A stretch of DNA of 61,869 nucleotides, the filler included, from Dugesia japonica (taxonomy: Eukaryota): assembly GCA_001938525.1 (NCBI GenBank). It is 6 parts of 6 records of this genome, joined end to end, with 100 filler letters (N's around TTAATTAATTAA, not from the genome) between each part and the next. Parts side by side here need not be neighbours in the genome. Positions count along the whole stretch, not along the records: positions 20,483 to 31,945 come from MQRL01646171.1; positions 32,046 to 40,772 come from MQRL01551412.1; 4 more parts are not named here. One strand, 5' to 3'. The notes below the pieces were generated by a model, which saw only the letters and a program-made list of their open reading frames with translations, was not told where the DNA came from and did not search any database. Below, in pieces: positions 27,100 through 39,457 of this stretch. Position numbers and translations under genes: made by a program. Position 1 is the stretch's first letter, and each line of letters begins with the position of its first letter.

Positions 27100-28035
27100 T
27101 TCTTTGATTAGTATTTCTTCATGTTTTTTTCTATGAAGTGTAGAAATGTAGCTTGTTCCTAGTGATTTCATGTAATGTGATATAGTTCTGTTGAAAGTTT
27201 ATGTTTGTGTTGAAAGTATTTAAAGAAATCACTTTCTTTTTGTTTCATATGTTCCTGAACTCTTGTTCGGATGGTTCTGCATGTTTCACCTACATATGTT
27301 TCTATACAAATGGTGCATATTATTTTGTAAGTGATATTTTTCTTATTGCATATATTTCTACCATCACAAATGCATTTGGGACCACAAAACATTTGTCTTG
27401 GTTTATGTAATTGGATGACCAAAGGTGGTTGCGTTTTGAATATAATTCTTGGATTGTGTTTGAGTTTAGAATTTTTTATTAAACTCTCCATGATTTGTAT
27501 ATATTTCTCATTATTAAAACATAATTTAATAACAGTGTTTGTTTTTGGTTTGATTTGATTTTGTTTTGTATTTAAAGATAAATATTTCGATATAATTTTA
27601 TTTGGATANNNNNNNNNNNNNNNNNNNNNNNNNNNNNNNNNNNNNNNNNNNNNNNNNNTGGATAGCCATTATTTAAAAATTTATTTTTTATCAACTTGAG
27701 AGAGATCGATTTCATTTCTTCATTTGAAGATAATCTCTCAGCTCGAATTATTTCATCTTTAATTATACCGATTTTCTGGTTGATGGTATTATGACTACTC
27801 CAAGGTAATATATATCCACTGTGAAATGGTTTCATATATAATTAGGTAATTAATATTTTACAAGGTTTCATTTGAATTAAAGTGTCTAGAAAAGGAATCT
27901 GAAAGTCAATAAATTTCTCTAAAGTGAATTTAATGTTATCATTTATACTTCTGGCTAATTTTAGAATGTTTTCTAAAAGAGAATTAGTTACAAAGAAAAT
28001 ATCATCTATGTATCTTGTCATAAAACAGGACATAT
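27100..28035 (-). mobile_element. Penelope-like element fragment (RT thumb plus GIY-YIG endonuclease), possibly Naiad-type
   Basis: RYIDDIF, IKFTLE, IPFLD, KPFHSG, CGPKCIC...ICNKKNITYKIICTICIETYVGETCRTIRTRVQEH. Confidence 0.9.
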
Positions 28036-28039
28036 AATT

Positions 28040-30337
28040 CGAGATTGTCTAAATAAAAAAACAACAAAAGGTTTTGGTTGTGAAAATGTTGGCCATATTA
28101 TAAGGTAATGTCAAGAAGTGACATGTAAACGATGTAGTAATGGGGGACATAAGGCAGATGAGTGCTACGCAAATTTGAAAAGGAAAAGAACAAATGATAA
28201 GTTTATTACTGCAGAAAGATCAAGAAACCGATATAATCGAGTAGATGCGATTAAAGATGAAGATGTCAATACAAACGATGGATTTAAAGAAGTGTATAAA
28301 AGTCATTCTGAAAGGCAGGGCTCCACCAGTAGAAGAGTTGGTTGGAGCCATCCATTTTTAAATGAAGTTAGTAATTATCAAGGGGTCGAAAAGTGAGATG
28401 ATATAGGAAAAGTTACAGAAAAAGTATACAGGTTTTTATAGACGGAAACGTTTGCGAATGATAGAAAAATAGAATGGGTTGGAACAGTTGAAGCAGGAAA
28501 GAAAACAAATATACAAAAAACAAGGCAGACTAAGTGTTACGGTATCAATTCAAATAAATAAAGTTGAACGTTTTTTAGATATAGTAGCTATAATTAAAGT
28601 TATGAGTTTGAGTTGTTTTAATAAATTACGAGACGTTCATTTATAAATGAGTGATGAAAGATTGCATTGTGCAAATAATAGTACACTTGAACTTGTTGGA
28701 AAAGTTAGACCTGGATTGATAATTGATGAAGTTTGCAAAGAGATTAATCTTTTAGTTAATGAAAGAGTAACACCAGTTCTGATAAGATGAATCAATATGC
28801 AGAAGATCTTTAGATACCAGCTTATGCAAAAGGTTGATAGCAAAACGTATGAAACGTCGAAAATTACATTTGCAATATTGAAGCAAAATTCGGAAAGCAA
28901 ATTAAAATAAGAGAGCCATTGATAAGAGCCTTAAATACTTTGAAGATTAAAGAAGATCAACGGTTATTGAAAATAATTGGAAGTAAAGAAGATGCTTCCA
29001 TGTCAGATAAATGAGATGTTGGACGTACTTATCCAACATAATACAAAATAATCACAAGTGGTGAACCAATCAATGTAAAACCGTACAGGCAACCAATGAA
29101 CTTAGAATCTACAATTGAAGAAGCTATCTACAACCTTTTTGAGAAATATATTATCTGGAAATCCAACTTTCCATGGAATACTCCATTGATTTATGTTAGA
29201 AAAAAAGAAAGGACATAAAAGTATGTTTGGACGTAATACAATTAAATGCAGCAACAAAAAACCAAGCTTTTACTATGACTAATGTCGATGAAATGCAAGA
29301 CATGTTAGATGTAGCCAAATATTTCAATTCAATAAATTTGGAAAATGTATACTATCAAGTAGAGCTCAAAGAAGAATCTCAAGAAAAAATGGCGTTTTCA
29401 AGGAAGCGTGGACAATATTGTTTTAAAAGAATGTAATTTGGCATCGCAGCAGCACGAGGGACATATCAGAAGATAGTTTGAAGTTGTGAAATTTCTCAGA
29501 AGATCAAAGTAGTGATGACAGCAAATAAACAAAAGACAAAGAAATTAGAAGCTACCAATTTGTTTGAAGTCATATTTACAAATATATGTGGGCCAATGCG
29601 GGAAACAAGTGGACAAAAAAATATATTCTTGGAGTAATCTGGTAGTACAGTAAATTTCTGGTTCTTATACCATTGCCTAGACAAGACGAGGAAACAATAC
29701 GAAAGCTATTTTTGAAAAGTGGATATTGAGATTTAAATGTTCCAGAGAAATAAGACTGGATTGTGGAAAAGCTTTTGAATTAAACGTTATGAGAGATTTT
29801 CTACTGAAGTTAAATATTAAAGTTGGATTTTCGAGATATTTTATTTGAGATCGTATTTGAAAAGAAGCTTACCAGAGAAAAATGGAATGATTCACATGTT
29901 TCAGATAAAACTAAAGAAAACACTTCAGATAGAAATACAAATAGAGAATTCAAAGTTGGCGATTTTTTACTCATCAAGATAGAAACAAGAAATAAAAGTC
30001 AAGACAGATTTGAAGAACCTTATCGAATAATTGAAAGAATTCACAAAAAGCAGTATGCGGTACAAGGAGAAAATGGACAGCGATTAGAATGAAATGTGGA
30101 AAACTTCTGAATTTTTCTGAAGAAGAAAAATTTCTGAAGAAGAATGATATAAGAAAATAATTATTATTTAATATTTTTAGCCAAAAGGAAGTGAGTTAAT
30201 TTGATAATAAATTTGAATCAGTTCTTTTCAAGGATAATTATTTCCAAATAGCAGAGTTGTAGTAGTACAAAAAATAATGTCTCAAAATATTAGTTTTGAT
30301 TTACAAAACGAATTACCATTTGAAGATTTATCTAACA
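28040..30337 (+). mobile_element. Internally deleted Ty3/Gypsy element (family B) with 3' LTR at 30148-30337
   Basis: Gag knuckle CKRCSNGGHKADEC, PR, partial RT and IN, collinear with the 49300-52340 copy; ~190-bp LTR shared with 48372 and 54569. Confidence 0.9.
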
Positions 30338-30456
30338 ATAATAATAATAATAATAATAATAATAGAAATAATATAAAAATTTTTTTGTTTATTAGTAAAA
30401 TTTTACTTTGTATAATTATTCACTTTTTTAAAAGGTTTAACTATTGATCTGTGAAT

Positions 30457-30878
30457 AAAAAAAATTAAATATTTTCAAAATTACGAAAATACACTAAGCG
30501 TAGATCAAAAAAGTTTCAAAAAAATGTTTCTTTTTAAAATGTTTATTAAAGTAACAAAACCTTTCAAAATAAAACGTTTTTTATTCACAAATATATGTTT
30601 ACTAATGCGGGAAACAAGTGGACAAAAAAATAAATTTTTGGAATAATCGAGTAGTACAGTAAATATCTGGTTCTTATACCATTGCCTAGACAAAATGAAG
30701 AAACAATACAAAAAACTGAAGAGGATAATTTCGAAAATTTTGAGAAAAATGAAAAACGTTTATTTTGAAAAGGTTTTTGTTACTTTAATAAAAATTTTCA
30801 AAAGAAAAATTTGTTTTTAAAACTTTTTTGATCTACGCTTTGTGTATTTTCGTATTTTTGAAAATATTTAATTTTTTT
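30457..30878. mobile_element. Foldback/MITE-like element with ~125-bp inverted arms enclosing a gypsy integrase fragment
   Basis: 30457-30581 is the near reverse complement of 30751-30878 (tacgaaaatacactaagcgtagatcaaaaaag / cttttttgatctacgctttgtgtattttcgta); the core 30583-30710 duplicates 29574-29700. Confidence 0.8.
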
Positions 30879-31519
30879 AAATAATAATAATAATATTATT
30901 AATAATCTGATTTTTTTACCTTCAAATTCATTTAAATTAATTTCTATAAAATTCGAATTTGATATGGTATAATATTCTTCAATATGTTTAAAAGAAGTGA
31001 TATTTTTTAAAATGATAATAATTATTTAAGCTTTCAAAATAATAATATTTTAAATTCTTATATTTGTTTTTATATTTACTCTTAAAACTTTTTAACGAAG
31101 AATTAATTAAATTTATTTGTTTTTAAAAACTAAAAGAACATTAGCGACTTTTTTATAAAAATAAAAGAACGTCATTTAATAAAATTTTTATTTGTTGCAA
31201 TTAATTTTGATGGGATAGCCGTTATTATCAGACAATTAATGATTATTAAAAGAAACTATTCATAAAGTTTTAATGACTATATTATTTCAATAAATAATCA
31301 ATAAAATAATTTTAACAGTGATGTTTAATTCTACATTGGAGCATTAATTTTAGAATTCAATGCACTTCGCTAAAAAAGCTTCACACATCACTCTCTCCCA
31401 GTACACAAATTCAATACACAAGATTTTAAAATCAAAAAAACTCTAATTTATACCTTTTTTTTCGATGCTTAACAATATTACTATTTCCACTATTTTGACT
31501 ATGCTCTTGAACTCCGTCA

Positions 31520-31750
31520 TCTCTGTAAAAGGATTCAAAAACATAGTCAGTTAAGTAGTCGCAGTAATATTTCTGAACACAATATTCAATGTAAATGTGT
31601 TATAAATATTAATAATTTTAAAATTATTTGCAGAAATTTTAAAGATTATTGGGAAAGAATCGTGTGCGAAGCATTTGTGATTAGATCATATGATCCAAAA
31701 ATTAATATTCAAACTGGTGTCAATGAATCTATATTGAATGTATTTAATTA
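31520..31750 (+). mobile_element. Penelope-like GIY-YIG C-terminal fragment
   Basis: KRIQKH...SNISEH...FKIIC...RIVCEAFVIRSYDPKINIQ. Confidence 0.7.
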
Positions 31751-31945
31751 ATTGAAATTTTATTGAGACTATTACATAATCGATTGCATAATGTGTGACT
31801 TAAGTATATATACTCTATTCTTCGTTTCGTTATTACTGCAGGGTAATATAAACATCGTGAGTAGGTGGTTCCGCGGTAACCGGCTCAGATAATTGACAGT
31901 TCACCTCACACCTCTTTGTGTAAACAACAATAGGTGTGAAATCTC

Positions 31946-32045
31946 NNNNNNNNNNNNNNNNNNNNNNNNNNNNNNNNNNNNNNNNNNNNTTAATTAATTA
32001 ANNNNNNNNNNNNNNNNNNNNNNNNNNNNNNNNNNNNNNNNNNNN
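31946..32045. other. Artificial assembly linker
   Basis: 44N-TTAATTAATTAA-44N. Confidence 0.95.
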
Positions 32046-32085
32046 AAAAAAAATAATTTAAAAAAAAAAAAAATTAAAAAAAAAA

Positions 32086-32240
32086 TTTTCTTCAAAAAAA
32101 AATTTCTCGTCAAAAAAAAAATTCTTGTCGAAAAATTCTCGTCAAAAAAATTCTCGTCAAAAAAAAAAATTCTCGTCAAAAAAAAAAATTCTCGTCAAAA
32201 AAAATTTTCGTCAAAAAAAAATTCTCGTCAAAAAAAAATT
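32086..32240. repeat. Tandem repeat ATTCTCGTC(A)n, about 8-9 units
   Basis: Directly visible. Confidence 0.9.
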
Positions 32241-32245
32241 CTTTA

Positions 32246-32730
32246 CCCTCCCCCCCCCGGGCGGGGTGTTCTATGAAAATAGTTCTTTGTTAAAATGGAC
32301 TTAGAAAATTTTTCGATAAAAAGTATGACTCCTGATCTATGATNNNNNNNNNNNNNNNNNNNNNNNNNNNNNNNNNNNNNNNNNNNNNNNNNNTGAAAAT
32401 AGTTCTTTGTTAAAATGGACTTAGAAAATTTTTCGATAAAAAGTATGACTCCTGATCTATGATTTTCATTTTTTGTTAAGTGAACATAAAAAAATTTTGA
32501 AAAAAAAAATTTTTAAATTTAACCAAAATTTGCATGAGTCATCGGCTTTGTCTTATTCATCGATGACTCATCTTTAGGCTTCTATGAGTCATACCGATGA
32601 CTCATCGATGACTCATCGTCTTTGTCTCGAGTCAACGATGACTCACACCTATGACTCATCATCACAGATATATTATTTCTTCTTCGGCGGGGGGGGAGGG
32701 GGTGATCTAGTGTGGTACTATCTACCTACT
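32246..32730 (-). mobile_element. AGTAG-terminus element end (reverse orientation) with TGA(C/G)TCA cluster
   Basis: Reverse complement of 32701-32730 is AGTAGGTAGATAGTACCACACTAGATCACC; 7 perfect TGA(C/G)TCA at 32535-32658; inverted C-run/G-run pair at ~32246 and ~32688-32700. Confidence 0.7.
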
Positions 32731-33965
32731 GACATTCTATAAATATTCTTTAAGTGAGGTCTATGAAAATATGAAATGAAAATTTGCATTAAAACCGATT
32801 AGAAAATAGACCACTTATGGCTAAATAGGGGTAGATATAGCTAGAATTAGCTAAATAGTGGTAAATGATAGAAGATGGTGGGAAATAAGTGAAAATATAG
32901 CCAAATTTGGCTAAATATGAGTATACCAGGAAAATAAAGGGTAAATGATGAAAAATGATGAAAGTAGCTGGAAATGGTGGAAAATAAAGAAGAATTGATA
33001 AAATGTAGACAAATTAAGCATATTAAATGACTATGTATCGAATAAATGCAGTATAATTACGACTACGCTAGCTCTATTATGTCCAAACTCATATTTTATA
33101 ATGGTAAATCTTCTATTTTTTTAAAAAGTTTTTCTATGATAAAGAGAACAAAGACTTACTGAATTGTTTTCCCACTTCTAAATGTTCTACTCCAACTCTA
33201 CTCTGGTCTTCTCTCACTTAATATCTATCTCAAACTTTCTACTAGTTTTTCGCACTCTTTATTGGCCTCCTCTTTCACTTGCTGGTCTTATTCGACAATT
33301 CACTAGTCTTCTCTCACACTCGCTGACTTTCTCTCACTCGAATCTGGTCTTTTACCATTATAATATGGTCTTCTCTCACATTTTATTATTAAACTTGATT
33401 ATTTATTATCACACTAAAAAAAAGTTCATCACAATAAAATTTTACGTCAAAATTTCAAGGTGTCCTCTTCACTTCCTCAGCAGAACATTAATGATTCATT
33501 TCTTATTTTCAATATATTTTGAATTAAATCAGTAACCATTTAAAACTCAATTTTAAAATTCTATACATTTATAATTGTAAAATTGGTTTTATGTGATTTT
33601 ACTCAATTCTATCACTTCACACAAACATGAAAAGTTATTGATTTATATCACAATATAAGCTTAGACTTCATATATAAACGTACATTTTCGATAATACAAT
33701 AATGTCACCTATAATCAACAGATTTTTCGATATTATGATACGTGCAATTTAAGAAAATTCTTTTGAAAATTATTTTGGAAATAATAAAAATTTATTGATT
33801 TTTCGCTAAACACAACACTTGATTTGGCCTATATAAATATGTGAGAATGTATAAACTGCTGATATTACTAATTCGATTTTATCGATTAACCAATGAGAAC
33901 TATTGTTTCCTTTACACATATAACGTGCTTAATTTAAATGATTGATTATTGTTCAAGGTAATTCA

Positions 33966-34274
33966 ATGTATTTTCTTTTAACAGTCCTATTTTTTATCAA
34001 TGCTTACACAAATCACATTTCTGGGGAAGATCGTATAAAAGGTTATTTGAATAATAGTTTGGATGTAAATGTTAATTCTAAAAACCCCAAATTGATTTCA
34101 TATAATATTCCTGTTTGTAAAGAGGTATTAAATCATTTAAAATATTTTATTAAAAATAATATTACAGAAAAAACTTTTACGAATCGAATTTGAAACAAAA
34201 TTGAAAATAAATGAAATTGTTACAGTTAAAAGCCTATCTGATGAAAGTGTATTCGAATTAGAAAATAAGTACAA
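33966..34274 (+). CDS. Candidate first exon of a secreted protein, frameshifted at an A-run
   Basis: TATATAAA near 33830; signal-peptide-like MYFLLTVLFFINAYTNHISG; reading continues in a shifted frame (LLRIEFETKLKINE...ENKY) to a GTGAGT donor at 34275. Confidence 0.3.
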
Positions 34275-35234
34275 GTGAGTATAATAAATAAACCTAAAAA
34301 TTATATGTAATTGTTAAAAAATTATTTTGATAAATAAATTAAAAGATAAATTAAATAATTAAAGTGAAATGAATTATAAAATCTCTTAAACTCCATTTAA
34401 ATATATATTTTTATACAAAATGTTTCGACAGATACAATAGATAATCAAACTCGTTTTCAACAACAAATAACAAAAAAAAATTTCAAAAAATTATTTAACA
34501 AGCAAAGAACAAAGTTGCTGTTCTTTTTCTTTTGTTTTTTAATATTTAAACCGAATATTAAATTTTTAAAATTCTTCCGAATAATAATACGGAATATGTA
34601 ATAGGTAACTAAACTTATCTATCTTGTCTGGGTCTTTGATAACACTTTCACAATTTAATTTATTATCATTATTATTTACAATTATTATCATAATCTAATA
34701 AGGTTATAAACATGTAAGATAATAAATCTTGAACCACTTTAGGCTTGTGCTCTCATCATGTATATCGATTTAAATGTAATGGGTTCCCGTCATCTTTGAT
34801 CCAGAGTACAAGAAAATAGTCAAAGTAGTTAAATAGTAATGTTTAGATGAGTTTGGAGTACTCATTGGATCATCAATATCAAAATTCCAAGATGAAAATT
34901 TATTCAAAAACAAAACTATAAACATAAATTTGCTTTTTTCAAACAAATTTAAAAATTCATATTCAAAAACAGAAAATATCAAATATCAGCAATTGTTAAA
35001 TTTTTTAATTTTAAAATTTTAATAATATCAAATTTTAAAATACAGTAAACTTATCAATTTCATTTAAATATTTTAATACACATTCAAAATTTCTTATTCC
35101 CTAGTTGTACAAAATTAAATTTTAAAAATTTATTTTATAATTTATTTTACTAATACAAAACTAAATGAAAGTCTGATTTTATTAATTTCCGCTTTAAAAT
35201 ACAAAAATTTAAATCTGTTTAAAAAACTATCCTA

Positions 35235-36010
35235 TATCCCACTTTTTAGGAATTTTTTTAATCTTCTTTACGTCTCTTTCAAGATTTTTCCGTTTGCATC
35301 TTCCAGGATGTTACGTCTGTCGTGCATATTCCTCTTGATCTTATAGGGTCCTTCATAACGATCTTCGTTCTTGTTGCAATTTTCACGAAGACCTCATCAC
35401 CGACATTTAATTGTCTTTTGATTAGTATCTCTGCTTCTTGATCTTTGTGTACTATTGGAGTATTTGTTTCGTACCATTTTTCTCTGCTTATTCTCTTCCT
35501 ATATACAATTTAGCAGGGCCTTTTCCTATGATCTTCTGTTTTGTATCATTTAAGGTAAATTCTTTATCTGACAATACATCCGCCCAATCTGAGATTTTCC
35601 TTTCTTTTAGTGTTGCATTTATCACACGTTGCTACCTTTTCTGCTCCAGTATGACATAAAAAATGATGTATTTTCATAATAACTTCTTCTACTTTATCAT
35701 TAGATATCCATGTTCCTTCATCATTTTCACCAAATTTCCTTTGTTTCTCTTGAATATCCATTGTATTTAACATCCTTGTTTTTCATTTTTCACTCTTGGA
35801 ATTTTCCTGTGACATTAGACATTGTACACATGCATCGCATTTACATCTTGACAATATATCCGCATTTATGTGAAACAATCCTTTTCTATATTCCAATTTT
35901 ATATCTAATAATTAATTTATCCAGGTTTTAAACTGTGATATGATTGGTTTCTTGGTATTCAGCATAAAGGTGATAGCCTAATGATATGTTCCTATATAAG
36001 TATTATTTGA
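35235..36010 (-). mobile_element. Ty3/Gypsy (family B-related) RH/IN 3' fragment with PPT
   Basis: ITFMLNTKKPITSQF, IHHFLCHTGAEKV, EDRYEGPYKI; PPT aaaaagtggga followed by TATAGG. Confidence 0.8.
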
Positions 36011-36369
36011 AATTAATAAAATCGTTGTAAATTGCCATTTGGATTTTTTTAAAGTCAATATATTCGCCATTTTGAATTTGTTTTAGTATTTTATTGATTT
36101 AATAAATTTTTAATAAATGTAATAGTTATAAAACTCATATACCACTCAGATGCAACACTTATACACTAAAAATCACAAGTCTGAAAATTTTAAATAAGTT
36201 TCTCACATAAAAATAAGTTTTTAAAACTCAATATAGTCGCCATTTTGAATTTTGAAAACTTGACATAGCCATTATTTTAAATTTTCATTGATTTTTTAAA
36301 ATATGCATTAGATAGGCAACTGAGAGCAACTCAGATACAACACACATACAATGAAATTCACATGCCTAT

Positions 36370-36650
36370 AAATTTTAGACTGTACCATACCTTGCAAAAT
36401 ATCAAACCTGCTCCATACTATGCTAAATATAGAGGCTCCCCATGATTAATATAGTGTCTCTCAATGAAAATTATCAAGACTGCCCATACCATGCAAAAAT
36501 ACAGGGACTGCTCATATCATGTAAATTATTAAGACTGCCCGATATCTTGTAATAATATATAGACTACCCATGCCATGTAAAATATAGAGACTTCCTCATC
36601 TTTTGCAAAATATCAAGACTGTTTAATCTCCTACATAAATATAAAGTCTT
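36370..36650. repeat. Degenerate ~30-bp tandem repeat (aaaatat..agactgcccata-like)
   Basis: About 8-9 recognisable units. Confidence 0.65.
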
Positions 36651-37289
36651 TGCAAAAAAATTAAATTAAATATAATTAAATTTAATTAAATTGAATAAAA
36701 AATTTCACCAGGCAAAAATTTTTTTTTAATTTCCCGCCAAAAATTTTTAAAAATATCAAAACTCCCCTATTACCTGTTCAAAAAGTATTAAAAACAACCC
36801 GTCCATGTTCAAATATACTTAAAAAATACACAGAATTCTCAAAAATACCACTACTTTCTAATAATTTTTCAATTTAACCAAAATACAGCATTTTTACTGT
36901 AAACAAAGATTTCAAAAGATTATGACGTCATAACCACTGGGCAGAAAAATTTCAAATAAATCTTTAAAGTTCCGATAATTAATTTTCTTTCAATGCATAC
37001 CACTCTCCCCCTTCCGAAAAATTATTTTAACGCTCTTTTACTACTTACGAAAATCAGCCAATCAAATTCAACCACAACCAATAAGAAATAAAGTCATAAT
37101 TGACATCCAAACTATTCTAAATTACATTACATCTCTAACAACCCATCTCCCTACATATTCCATCAACTAACAACAAACTTATTCAACATCAAAAAACACT
37201 CCACGATAACTCATTCGTATGTGACGTGGCGCCGCTACCCTTCTAGCAAAATCCATCCATCCAACATCATAAGTCCTTTAGACAATGTA

Positions 37290-37474
37290 TAGACCGAAAC
37301 TTTAAAACAAAATTTTTACTTTATTTTTAAATCGTCATTTAAAATTTTAAACAAAATACTTATTCGTTATTTAAATTTTCATCTACAATTAAAATCTTTC
37401 TAAATAAAATATTTTAAGAAAAATGATCATTAACCATACAAAAATTTCAACTCACTTTTCAAAACATACTCACA
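37290..37474 (-). repeat. Dispersed repeat starting TGTGAGTATGTTTTGAAAAGTGAGTTGAAATTTT, abutting (TAT)n; second copy at 43758-43990
   Basis: First ~35 nt identical between the two copies; both border TAT microsatellites. Confidence 0.8.
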
Positions 37475-37499
37475 ATTATTAATATTATTATTATTATTA

Positions 37500-37547
<48 letters not shown>

Positions 37548-37597
37548 NNNNNNNNNNNNNNNNNNNNNNNNNNNNNNNNNNNNNNNNNNNNNNNNNN

Positions 37598-37637
<40 letters not shown>

Positions 37638-37806
37638 GTGAGGCATATATACCTCAGAATTTCCTAAATTTGTACCTAACATAATAAAGAAAATTATTTA
37701 TAATAGATTTATTAAAGTACAATTAAAATTAAATATACAAGGTTTAAAATAATTGTTACCAGATAAAATTTACAATTTAATAAGATTTAATACAAGTAAG
37801 TGGATA

Positions 37807-39457
37807 CCGTGTTTTCCTTATTAAAAAACACTGCATTCTATTTCCAGCTTTTCAAAAATTTATAAAAATAGATACATAAAAATTAGAAAGAATGTTTATA
37901 ATTATTTTGTTTATTGTAAATGTAATAAAAACTATTTATAATTTTATTAATTATAATGTCATTTATTCATCAATCACCAATGCATCGTCTTGTTCTTCGA
38001 AAAGGGCATCTGTCATCACTTGTATCATATTTTGGCTATTAACAAGAGGACCGAACTTTACATGCTTCATTATTGCCGAATCCTTCCTTGATTCACTCGG
38101 ATGCATATATGAAGCAATCAACGCATTGTTAACTACTTCAGGTGTTATTTTATCCCAGGGATTTTTAATCCATGTCGTGAATTCATCAAGACTTGGCTTG
38201 ATAGGATTTCCTCTTACATTTAATCATTAATTTCGTTTCTAAGATAAATCTTGAATGGATGGTTAATTACCAAATCAAGACTTTGAAGATATGCCGTAAG
38301 GCCAGATGGTACTATAATAGAATCGTTCTCTCTAATGCGCAAATGTTTTTTCATGCTCTTTTTACGATGAGTGGATGCGGAGTCCCAAACAAGAAGATGT
38401 CTAATGTTGTTAAAAATCCTAATTTGAGATTTCTGTCCAACCATTGTTTGATAATATCTTGAGTTGCCCAGCCTTTCTCGCTTTCAACAATATCGATACC
38501 ATTAATACTGGAAATTCTATTCTTTTTTCCTTTAGAAATGGTCATCGGTGTAACTTCTATACCATCACGCCTTTTTGCCAAAATAGATTTAACTCTAAAT
38601 GACTCATACCCGCAATATAAATAGAACTTTTTCTCTTCATGTCAACTGTTCTTTGATTGATATCACTATAATATAATGTTGTTTCATCCATGCATATAAT
38701 ATTAGAATTACTGTAGTTTGCTAAATTCGTATCTTCAATAAACTTGTTGTAAGACAAATTTCGTGCAACAACCTGCTCATCTTAAATTTTAAACAGGGTT
38801 GTTGGTGCACGCAAAGACAAATGAAATCTCTTCATTAGGTTAGAAAGCCAAGGACTCGCCTTAAACCCACTTTCACATGTCTTCGCAAGTTGAAATGCAA
38901 ATGCCTGGATATATCCGCGACTCACTATGAATCCACAGCTGCGTTTGTCTACAATCATGTCGAAGATATTGTCTTTCAGTTCTTCAANNNNNNNNNNNNN
39001 NNNNNNNNNNNNNNNNNNNNNNNNNNTATACTGATAACCCAAATGTTCCTCTTCGAATTCACTATTCCATTTGAAATTAGTCTGATATGAATGTTATTCT
39101 CTTTTGATACTCCAGAAAGTGACTTAGGTTCAAGTTGGCTGACAATCTCTTTTTTATACTCAATGCTATATGATTTTCTTCTCCCGGTCTTTAATTAAGG
39201 CTTGGTAATATAAACTTTTTAAATAATGAGCTATATAAAATTTATTGGCAATCGATTTTAGAAGAAAAATCTATAAAATACATTATGTTGTCTTTTCAAC
39301 TTTTGTCAAGATGGCTCATCGACATTATTTTGCTCCTTTGAATACTAGTAATTATTGAAATTCTTTATTAAAATCTATAACGCCTTCTATTCGGGCACTG
39401 CTTTCTATTTCCAAATATTATAAAACTAGCTACTGCCTTCAAATAGGGAAAACACGG
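37807..39457 (-). mobile_element. Full-span decayed pogo/Tigger-type transposon
   Basis: TIRs CCGTGTTTTCC / GGAAAACACGG with TA on both sides; CENP-B-type HTH (FKASPWLSNLMKRF), IICMDET, LLVWDSASTH, GLTAYLQSLDLVINHPFK. Confidence 0.92.

Noticed and set aside
31760-31790. Hammerhead ribozyme after the Penelope-like fragment
   Set aside because: No intact CUGANGA/GAAA core.
32270-32463. 70-bp direct duplication
   Set aside because: Identical copies flank an N gap; likely unmerged contig overlap.
32685-32711. Helitron 3' end (GC-rich segment + CTAG)
   Set aside because: Homology with the other AGTAG ends continues to 32730, so CTAG is internal.
3263-32736. TACATT / GACATT as a 6-bp TSD pairing the 3269 and 32730 ends
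   Set aside because: One mismatch, different subterminal arrays, and three linkers in between.
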